64,000 nt of DNA from Blasia pusilla (lineage: Eukaryota). Positions 41,836-52,594 of the stretch are shown here, in pieces (the first letter of the stretch is position 1; the number at the start of each line of letters is the position of its first letter). Where the stretch lies: assembly GCA_050084515.1 (NCBI GenBank), contig CM114271.1:25234001-25298000 (forward strand), in the 5' to 3' direction. The notes below the pieces were generated by a model. It did no database searches and was not told the origin of the DNA. It saw only the letters and a list, made by a program, of their open reading frames with translations. The position numbers were made by a program, and so were the translations under genes.

Positions 41836-44800
41836 AGCCTTCAAGACCTATTGCTAAGCTTGGATCAATTGTACCATCAATGTTAGGAAGGTGATATGGC
41901 GCATATTTACGCACATGGTCCTTCCAAACCATACCATCGCGTCCCTCCAATAAGAGAACACCAGATGGCAAAACCTCACGCACTCTCAAGATAGTGCCTA
42001 CCTAGTGATTTCCAATGCCTACACATGAAATTAATGAAGTAGGTTTTATCAGATCCAAGAAAACCTTGTAGTATTAGTAGGCATGAGGTAAGGTCTCTAA
42101 TCTTACAAATGAGTTCCTATTGTAAAACTTCAAAACGCTTATGTATGGTCTATCATGTTTATGAATTGGTAGTGTTTAAGCAAGGGCTTGGCCACACTCT
42201 TTCTTGTGTAGTAGGTAAAGTAGATCATCTTGGATGCGTGGCTTGAGATTTTCTTATGTTTAGGAGAGAATCTCTACACTATGTATTTTGCTCCTTAAGT
42301 GTTGTGCAACATGGTTCTTGATTAATTTTTCTACCAAATCCAGATTAGAGTTAATATTGGGTAGCATGCAGAGTCACTATCGTGCGTATACACATCACTA
42401 CACAACATAGTCTCCCTGATGAAACCTACGGATAGTCAGTCGATAACCACCTCCATGAATAGTCGCATATCTAAACGTATCCCAATGCTGTGCAATCGCC
42501 AAGTTCTCAAACACCATGGGCATCACTCTCGGAAATAACTCAACCCTCTGAGAAGATGCTTGCATCCATACATCAGGGTTATTAAGTTTTAACACCTCAC
42601 CAACACCTCGACGAATGGTCGTACGTAAATTTGGCTTTTGTCCATAAAGGAGCAAGTACGGTGAGAAAGACGCTAAGAATGCATGCTTGGTGAATCTGTA
42701 TCCCATCGCCAACCACGGCAACTAGAGGTCCCAATCTCCTAGGTAACCTCTCTGCAAGCCAGACTTGCGCAATCCTCTAATCACCGTCTGCACAATCCTC
42801 TGTGCTAGTCTATCCACCTCAGGATGATCTCGCGAAGTGGTGTGGTGGTCGATCAACGCTTGATCATACAAGGCTTGAAACTCCCTGTGAAACTCTGTAT
42901 CATGGTCTGTCAACACCTCCACTGGTGTGACGTAATGACTCAACACTCGATCTAGGAAGGCATACGCTACTCCCTCACTCGCTTTGTTAGGCAACGCAAC
43001 CAACTCTATCCACTTTGAGAAGTGCTCGACCATCACCAACACATAACAACTATGGCGCTACGGCAAAGGTAAAGGTCCTGCAAAATTCAAACTCCATCTA
43101 TAACCTAAACCCATGATCGGAAGTGGATGCAAATGTGGAGTCGAAGCATTGAATGATGCCCCGACCCCATCACAAACCATGCACATGGCAACAAACTGCT
43201 GAACGTCAGTCTGCATGCCTCGCCACCAACACTATATTTGGACCAAGCTGTACATCCGCTTCACTCCGAAATGATCCAACTCCTCGTGGGCATGACGCAC
43301 CTGTGTGTCCCCTCCTACCGTAACTGTCTGGCTCGTTGTAGGATTCGATCGCGCTCTCTAGCGCTATCGGAGTAACACCAATTTCGCCAATTTTGGTGAA
43401 TTAAAACATTGTTGGGTTTCCTAAACCCTTCATGATTCTGATTTCCTTGAAGCTGTGCTTCAAGATAAAATTAGGACTTAAGTTTATTTTATCTGGATCA
43501 CAATCTTGGAAATAACATGTCCACTCATCTTTTTTTTTTTGCAATTGAGTCTCTTATTCCACTAAGGATTAATTTAGGAAGATAAAATTTTCTTGATGTT
43601 TATTTCAGTGTTTTTCTCAATATCTCTAGCGTGCGATGGCTTAAGATTGATTAACTTACACTCAACTTCGGAAATTGGGCCAAATTTATTTCTAAAGACG
43701 TTATTGTAGTCAGACATTCAAATATTGTCTCAAATGTACTTGCTTTAACTGACTGAAAAAAAGTTTCATTCTTGATTTGTAGGAAAAATATTGCGAGCTG
43801 GGCAATCGTCCCTTGGAAAATTGTAGATAATGAAATCCTCGCGAGCATGGGGGTCATTAATTAGACCTTTTGCGATGAACATATGGACGTATGATAGTCA
43901 GAGTATGGAATTATATGATGTCGTCGTGACATGCCGTGCTTGGTCACCTATATGTGGGAAAGTAAAGAACAAGTTTTCCTTCACCTCAACGACATTCAAA
44001 TGCAAACTGAAGATTATGCTTTTAGGTTTAGAATTTGCGAAAATGGAACTTAAGTTCTGATTATGTCTAATGTCTTTTTCCTCCAATCTTGGTGTCCTAA
44101 GGCCTTGATCTCTCTAAGGAGTAATATTGTGTGGTTAGTTATAAGAACTAAAGTGCTCATATGGGTGAAGTCCTCGTGATCGTGAGAACGCAAAATTTTT
44201 GGATTCTGAAACTAAATTATTCTACAACCTATATACAATGGTAGAGGTAGAATCTTGAATGAGCCTCCATGGATAGGTTAGAGAAAGGAAAAACTTTGCA
44301 AAGGTTCATTAGTTGGGTCGAGAATAAAGAATAGAAACATGAACTGTTTAAGCAAGGAATAAGTACAAGTACAATCCGTTTGTTGGGAGGCCACTTGTTT
44401 GGTGGGTCTCTTTCTTCAATGTGGTTGTAGGAAGTAGGAACGAGTAATCAAAACTTAAGTCCCAAATCTTCCTCTCTCCTAAGAAACATAGGAAAAAACA
44501 AACCAGTTCAATAACAAGTGGAACATGTCTGCAGAAGGACTTGTTCCGGCTATGGATCAGCTCCATTCCGTGGAAGGATCTCTTCCCGTTACGACACAAC
44601 TCATACCGATGGAACCAGATTTTAGGAGCGAGTTGAAAGGCATTCAAAACTCTAGTTCCAAATGAGCTCCCATCCACCCCCTATCCTCCAAGTATTTGGA
44701 ACGTCCTCTTGGCTGTAGCCCTATAGTTGCCCACAAAAGAAGTTGGTTAAATTGTGGAGGTAATCCTACCACTAGAATTGGATCTCAAGAGCCAATTCAA

Positions 44801-45111
44801 GGGCATTTGGAACTATAGTTCCAATGGGATGTTATATTCCAACGATAGAACGCTTTGTGCCATCACAACTGGACCTCAAGATCCAATTCAAAAGCATTGA
44901 AGAATTAGTATGGTTCCCCGCGCGGCTGTTAGGGACATAATCAAAACTTAGGTTCCGATTCTCCCATATTTTTCCAATAAATGTTAGAGATCCCTTCCAC
45001 TGCTAAGTCACGTGAACTTCACAACTGAACTTATGGTTGTACTAAGTGCTAATTGTGAGAGTTAACTTCCATTCCCCCAAGATAACCGACTAGCTTAATA
45101 TGTAGTATAGA

Positions 45112-47661
45112 TGTCACGACCCTCATGACCAAACGAGTGCCAAGCGGAACATCGGAACATTAGCGGGCTCACGCTAAGATGGTTTGCGCGTTGGAGTAGT
45201 CTCAAAGAGGAGACAAGAGACGAGACGCGAGCGAGGCGTCGCGTTTCAGATGTTGTGGTCGTGACCGAGAAACCTGGACCAAACGCGGAATGAGACTTGA
45301 AAGAAGTCGAGTCTAGGAAGTGGGTTGCCAAAGGAGGAATCCGGATTTGGAATGCCACTAGCGTTTGAGAGTTTCCGACTGTATTTATGGCCATAACTTT
45401 TAGCGCCAAGATGCGTTTGGATTAAATAAGGGTGCGTTAGAAAGCTTATGGAAAGCCGGTTCAAACACATTAAGGATCTTTGCAAACGCTTTAGCAGCGG
45501 CTGAGAAACAATCCGGAAACGACTATAAGTAAAGCCGGGTTGAGGGCCACAATGAAGGGTCCGACCCTCCTTTTCCAAAGGGGGGGGGGGGGAGGTGGTT
45601 ATTGGAGAACCCCAAAAGTACTACTAAAGGGGGAAGGTCTCCGAGAGTGCTTGGAACCCGAACCCCACTTTGGGCGCCGTAGGGCGGCTCAAGGGCATGG
45701 AACAGAACGCGAGTTTGGGGGTTGGGTTGGAAAACCTTCACCAAGTCTAATGAGGCGATTTTAGACATCCCTCTTGGATTTCACCCCGCGACTCAATTAA
45801 TTGGGTCTAGGTTTGGAACTCACACGAGGAACGTTGAACAGTTGGGATCGCTAGGCGCGCGGGTGCTGTTTCACATCCCTGGACTAACATGGAAGTCTGT
45901 TCCAAGTCTTGAAGGACTTGCCATGTTTTGGAAACTAGGAACTAAGGAAGGTTGAGCTTGATGAGACGCCGAGTTGAGAACTCGGTGGGTTGGAACGCTG
46001 GTTGGCCCAGACCCGACTAACGAGAGTGCGTGTTTGGATGCAGATCGGCGATGAGATCGTGACCCACTGAACGTACGCTTCCGCAACACTAAAGATTGAC
46101 GTTCAAGGAGAGTAGGGGCGTGACAAGTGGTATCAGGGCAAATCCTTGGTGAACGAGAACTTGGGGTCATGGGATCAACCGGACGCTTGGGAAAACTCAA
46201 GGTAGCGGCTAGACTCAGACGCTCGAGGAGGGACGCAAGAAACGAGGAGGAGATTTGAGTGAGTTGGCTTGAAAATGGCGATCGAGGGAGAACAACCCAA
46301 GAAGCGCCGAATCAAGCGACGTGAACCAAGAGAGGAACCAATGCCGGACCGTGAAGCTATGGAGGAGACGGAGACTCCCGAAGAGCTGAACGCCAGTCGT
46401 GAGGACGTCCCACAGGCGAATCCTTCCGCGGGGCCATTGGGCCCAAACTCAGGGGAACCTCCAATGTCTGGCTCGACCGAGTCGAGCCAGACATTGGACT
46501 TGTTGAAGCTGTTGGTGGAGCAGATGTCCCAGCAAAGCAAGCGGATTGCAAAGTTAGAGGCCACTCGAACTCTGGGTGCGGGCAAAAAGCTCTGTAAGAC
46601 AAACCTGCCCACGCCATTCACTGGGGTGGGGCGCTCGCGGAAAGTGAAGGATTTCCTTACGGAATCGAATCGCATTTCGAGGCGCAGAGGGGCGAAAGCG
46701 GGACAAGGTGACAGTAGTCGTTACTTTCTTGAAGGATCATGCGCTACAATGGTGGACAGCTCAACGAGAGGAATATCTGGGCGGCAAGTCACCTCTGAGT
46801 TGGGAGGAGTTCGAGGTGTTGATTGGGGATCGATTCACTCCGGAGGACCAAGGGTTGCGCGACACCGTGGAATGCGTGCGGATGCGGCAGAGTGGTTCCT
46901 TAAGCGCGTATGTGAGGGAGTTTAGTGCGAAACTGACTTCTATTCCAAAGATGGATGAGCACGCCGAAGAAGGCTATCTTCATTAGTGGACTCAAGCCGA
47001 GCGCTGAAAAGGCCCTTTACCGAATGCCGGCGTTGCGGATACTGCGCGGATCTTCTGAAGCGGGCGGAGAGGATTGGGGACGATGAGGTCCAAACCCAAA
47101 ACCCTTTGAGCCAAAAGGTTTTTCGAAGAAGTCGAAAAATAAGGAGGCGTTCAAAAGAGTTCGGAGTGGGGACCAAAGACGATCCAGAGAATTATCGCCC
47201 GCAGAAGCAAAACGAGTGGAACTTCATGCGGCGTTTAAAGGAGGACAAAGACTCGAAGTCAGGGAACGGCAAGGTCATATGCTACAACTGTGGCGAACCG
47301 GGGCACCTGGCGAAAGTGTGTTCGAAACCGAAGGTTAGTAATGGGAGTATGATTGCATTTGCTGCTAAGCATCTGTTGGCGGGCGATCTCGAGACGTCCC
47401 TTGAGGTCACCAAGAGGACGCACAATTTGGTGTACCTAAGATCCAAGATTGCTGATCGCGATGTGTTGTTGCTCGTGGATACAGGTGCTTCGCACTCCTT
47501 CCTAAGCCCGAGAATTGTGAACAAACTGGGGTTGTCTACCTCTAAGGCGGATGAGCCCATTCGAGTAGGATTTGCAGGAGGCAAGTCTCATCGGACTTCT
47601 GATTTGGTCTTGGGTTTGACCGTAGGATGCGGGGTATTCGAGTTGAAGGAGAATTTTACTA
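45112..47661 (+). mobile_element. Nested, 3'-truncated Ty3/gypsy element (5' LTR, gag, protease), related to the 20058 element
   Basis: LTR TGTCACGAC...GGCGTGACA at 45112-46125, PBS TGGTATCAGGGC at 46128-46139, gag (FLKDHALQWW, intact knuckle CYNCGEPGHLAKVC) and protease LLVDTGASHSF. It breaks off at ~47661, head-to-head with the RNase H region of the minus-strand element. Confidence 0.9.
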
Positions 47662-49699
47662 TGCTCGCGACGTTGCTAGTACACACGTACACCAAGATTA
47701 CTCCATCATCGTGAATATCTCGGCCACTTGTCCTCTCTTCACCGGCCTCTAGATCTAAGGACTCTCCATTAGACCTCGCCATCGAATACTCAGCAATCTG
47801 GCTCTCCATAGCCAACAAGCCCAAATAGGCTAACGCGTGCCATCGTGGCACGAACTCCTCATCACTCTCACCATGCCAACGAGTTCTAATTGCATCTCGC
47901 TGACTCAGGCAAGGGTTACGGCTCAAACCATTGACATCCTGGTCGAGCATCCTAGGCCTATGTACCACATGGAAGTCATACTCCTGCAACAAAAAAGCCC
48001 ACCTTGCAAGCTTCCCTTTAAGCTTGTCGGACTCCATCAACCACATAAGTAGTTGATAATCAATAATAATGGTAAAGGGATTGCCAAATAAACAACACCT
48101 CAAATGCTTGACAATCCATACTACAACCAAGCACTCACCCTCATACGAGCTATACTTCGCCTCTGCAGCGTTGTTCGAGCGACTAGCGTAAGCCCCCACA
48201 AACTCTCTACCCTCATCGTCATGTTGGGTGAGCACGGATCCAAGCCCCAACATGCTCCAATCGATATACAACTGGAAAGGATGCCCCCTGATCGGTCTAC
48301 TCAAAATGGGTACGGACGTCAACTTGTCCTTGGGCAGCTGAAATGATCTCTCCTACTCATCCCCTAGTGCCACTCGTAATCCACCTTGGTCAACAAGATT
48401 AGCGGCTTCGAAATCGAATTGAAACCCTTGACGTATCGTCGATAGAATTTCGCCAATCCCATGAATGCACAAACCCAACTCATATCTGTAAGGCGTGGAA
48501 TCCGTGAAATAGCCTCTACCTTCCTTTGTTGCACATCAAGGTCACCTAGGTATATGATATGACCCTGGTACTCAATCTGCTTGTAGAAGAACTTGCACTT
48601 GCTTGGATATAGCTCCAACCTATGTAACTGCAATCGTCTAAACATCTCTTTTAGATGTCGCTCATGCTCCTCAACTGTGGCGCTAAAGACTACGATGTCA
48701 TCAATATACAACCTAGCAAAATCCAGACCATCCAAGATCCTATCCATGAACCTTTGAAATTGAGCCGAGGCGTTCTTTAACCCAAATGGTAAGAATTGCC
48801 ACTGGTATAAGAAATCCTTCCCATGAGGATCTATGCCCCAAAATGCCATCTTCTGCCTGTCCTCCAATCTGATAGGCAGCTGATGTTATCTAGCTCGAAG
48901 ATCTAACAAAGTGAAGACCTTTGCATGCCCAATAACATCAAAGATCTCCTCAAGGGTGGGCATGGCATACCTATCGCACTTCGTCTGCCGATTGATAGGT
49001 CGGTAATCTCCACACATCCGCCTATCTAGCCAATTACCATGAACATCCTTCTTGGCGGGCATGAGTGGCAGATGCATACGCTCCATGCAACATCTCCACT
49101 AGTCCTGGTCCAACCAAGTCTTGGCTCCAACTCTGAATCAGAGCCCTCTCCATATCATTGTATCTATGGGGCGTCGAAAGATTTTCGTGTCACTCGAAAA
49201 CTAAATGCGCATCTCTAGATCCTTCAGCCTACCCAAATCATGCATGCTTAATGCAAAAAAACGCCTATAACTCATAAGGAACTAATGTATCATGCGCCGC
49301 TCTCCTCCTGTCAACTTATCTGGCTCCCAAGTATCCATCGTGACTACAGTAGGACTCTCTGGCGCGGGTATCGGTGGTTGCTATGGTGCAACCCGACTTG
49401 AATAGTAGAACTAGGTTGCTCTCCTGCAGCCAAATGCAAAACTTTGATCTCCTCCACGTGCAGTACCCGAGACCACACTCGATGCTATGACTATCATCTC
49501 CGGGCGTACCTACAAAACATCCCAAGAAGCCCAAGGGTGTCTCTCCCGATCACCCATGGTATGTCGATCTCCTTGGGTCTTGCCCTTAGCCACTGCCTCA
49601 ACCGTCTCGGTAGGCAGGGGGCTCACCAACCCAAGAGCTGTAATATGTCGCAACCTCAACCGACGCTGCTCAGCTATTCCTAAGCTGAAAATCCATGTC

Positions 49700-50625
49700 A
49701 AGGAGTTCAGGTCCATCGCCTCACCCAAGATATGATGTCGTGATGCCCTCTGATAGTGATGGTACTACCGTCACTCCTGTGGGGAATCCCATTGCTCGCT
49801 CTCGCTCATCGGCGTTGGGCTGCACCAACTGCTGTACCTAGTCAACCCAAATCAAGCCAGGTCCGGTCTCCTTGAATGCATAGGAAGCGGAAAAACTCAA
49901 AATATGGGAAAAGTTGCTTGTGGCATGCCAACCCAGTTGAACAAAGTCAACAAAGGTCAATCATCGTACCGTACTACCTGTGACTGATGACGTGGATCCA
50001 AAATAGAATCTACCAAAAAAGGGAGGGGCGCTCCACTCTCGCATATGCCCTACCTAAAACCTAATTTGGCACCAAGTTGGTCCACCAAAGACGCGGACGA
50101 TGTGCTCGTGAACCTACACTCGCCGTATCCAACAAAACTGCTAGGCCGATCCATGCGCGTACTTGATGTGCACTCATCACCACTAGGGACCTCGAATCGG
50201 CACATTTTCCAGAATGTAGCTGGAGAACGGGATTGATGGTCGTGCAAGTGTCGCAAGATCTGCATCATCTCCCAAAATAACATGGATCGAGTATAAAGTA
50301 ATCCGCTACCTCGTCCAACACTTGATTTGCCTTGACACGGCCAACCAGCAATGGCCAAATCTATGGTCCTTACCCGCTCCACGTTATGAGCCCCCAACAA
50401 TAAAACGTCCCTCGGTAGGGAATTCTGGTGACCCTCGATGGTGGACGCAGACAACAAGTCGGGAAATCCGAGGCGTAAATGCGTCACATGGTGAAGTGAA
50501 GCGCGCCTTGCAACATCATCAATCTCAACGTATAGGTACTATTGCACACGCATTCCAACCTGCAAAATAGCAGCTAAGCCAGTGCTGATCCCTCCAAAGA
50601 GATCCAACACGCGAATACCCTCATG
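49700..50625 (-). pseudogene. Retrotransposon-encoded cytosine-5 DNA methyltransferase domain, DNMT3-like (disrupted)
   Basis: Motif I IRVLDLFGGIST (50617-50581), II YLYVEID, IV IDLAIAGWPCQG (PCQ ~50340-50332), VI YILENV (ENV 50209-50201, after a frameshift), VIII LLDTASVGSRAHRPRLWWTNL (~50135-50073), IX ERERAMGFP (~49810-49782) and X RHHILGEAMDL (~49745-49712). There is one in-frame stop at 50539-50541 plus further stops and frameshifts. Confidence 0.9.
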
Positions 50626-52594
50626 TGGAATGCACCACATAATCGGGGTGGTGTCTAAAGGGATCATAGTAGCACTCTTGGCTACCTCAAGTTCCTTTGA
50701 CCCGTCACGCTCTGGTGCAAATGCCTCACTCCAAGCGGTCTGCATGTGCTCATCAGATAAACGTCGGAGCTCCTCACTCGAGCCCCACAACGGCACCTCT
50801 CCTCCACGGAATGATGCGACTACCATAACACTCATCTCCCTAGAAGTGTCAGGCGCGGGGATGTCCTCTGCATGGACATGCCCCTCAATCAAATCAGAAG
50901 GCCTCGTGATGGCGCTGCTAAATGCTGCGAATGTCGCCATCTCTCGTAGCTATCGCTCAATCACTCCACCCGTGAATCGAACGGGTAATGAGCTAAGTCA
51001 CCCATCACCGGACTGTCATCTTGGTCTGTAGGACGCTGACTCCTCCCAATAATCCATGGAAAACTCCATCGAGAACAACATTTGCTCCACCAACCACGAT
51101 GTCGTAGGACTATGTATCGGTCACTATCGCCTTGGCTTGCACAATGGACTTATCTGTAGGATGTCTTGGGCGAATCCTCATCACGACCGCCTATCGGGTG
51201 ATAAACTATGTGGTACTCGGTGCATCCAAGGATGTTTGTATCATGAATGGACAATGCTCCACATCGGCCCTCGTCAGACCCAAACCCGAGAATGCCGCCT
51301 TTCCCAACATCAGGGGTTGCGCTCATGAATCTAACAAGACTTGTTGCGGAAAAAAAATCTACCTCTTGGACTTACCAACTGGAAGATCTCTTCCGGATTA
51401 TCTAGCAACACAACACCTGGAGCAACCGTGGCACGCTCTATCGCGGGTCTAGCGGGCATCTCCGCCATCCTTGCTGTCGCAACCTGCCATGAATCTGACA
51501 TGGACGGCCCGAGCATCATCTCCAAGGGCAGTTCCATCACTTCATGTGCAAATCACCTCTGAACGTGATGCAGGAACACCATCTCCACGCTCACATAGCG
51601 TAGCCGACAGCTGGAAAATATCGGCAAGCTTACCTCCCATCGTCATAACATCGGAAGCAAAAGATAGCGGAGCACGGTAGACCATCGTGGCCGCCCGCAA
51701 CATTGTACTCGACACATGCTCCTCCCGAGCATCAACAATAGAAATCTTCACACTCGCTTCTCCCATCGCTCTCCGTGCCTGCACACCAACACCATAAACT
51801 CTCTGGGAACTTTCATCAGGATCCATCGATGGGTTCCTCATCGCCTCGGACAACGTGAAAGATTGAGGAAGCCACGTCTGTTTCGTGGCTTCTCTTCTTT
51901 GTGGATCCAACCTTGCGACAGTTCCAAGTGGAACAACTACGGCTGCCTCCAACTAGAAAGTCGACATTTCCAGTGAGGATCCTCCATATCTTTGGCTGCT
52001 CCATAAGACGTCGATGCCATGGCTCCGGCATCGGGTAACCTCAATGCCATAGCAACAATCTGCTGCTGTATCTAAGCAACCATCCGAGCGTCACGCTCGA
52101 GGTCTCCCTCGACGTGTCTAGGTGGTGGGAATCTACCTCCTCCACGGGAAACTCCATCACCCCGTCAGGAAAATCTAGCTCCTCGTTCCCCAACAGGACC
52201 ACCACGTACACGACCTCTAAGCCCACCCGGACTTGCTCTGGTGACTCTCTTTGGCCCTCGGTCCGAACGTAACTTAGGGTATAGGTTGAAACACTTGGTG
52301 CGTATGTGACCGTACCTTTGAGAATAGTCACATTGATAACCCTATCATCCCCTGAGTGACGCTAATCAACCGGCGCAAGCGAGTGTAGGGCTTACGCAAA
52401 CTCTCACCCGGGCGCCTATGGAAGTCGTTGATGCTCTGCAACTTCTCAATCCGTATCCCCTGGTATCTCGTCCTCAACTCTGCAAAGAACTCAACCATGG
52501 GGTTGAACCTAGGACGAACCCGACTGGACGATGCAAGTTCGAGTAATCCCTCCTAAAACATCATTGGTGGAAGAGGAATTAGCCTCTCATTCGT

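Larger units (their letters stand above)
41522..52450 (-). mobile_element. Ty3/gypsy retrotransposon with an internal C5-DNA-methyltransferase domain and an integrase-linked PHD finger (decayed, interrupted)
   Basis: Minus-strand order: gag-like region (~52450-51500), protease VLLDS*AQ (~51320-51340) with YDIVVG, C5-MTase (~50620-49700), RT (RMCGDYRPIN, LPFGLKNA, LYIDDIVVF; ~49100-48364), RNase H (FQLYIDWS..AYASRSNN..YEGECL; ~48322-47900), integrase (HEELDHFG..WWRGM..CMVC, VEHFSKWIELV, VLTDHDTEF, HPEVDRLAQR; 43300-42398) and a PHD tail (41989-41699). Confidence 0.88.

Noticed and set aside
49700-50625. Alternative reading of the MTase as a host DNMT3/DRM gene or a bacterial restriction-modification contaminant
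   Set aside because: It shows no obvious introns, is colinear between protease and RT on the same strand, and is decayed like the flanking pol. There is no DRM permutation and no adjacent restriction gene.
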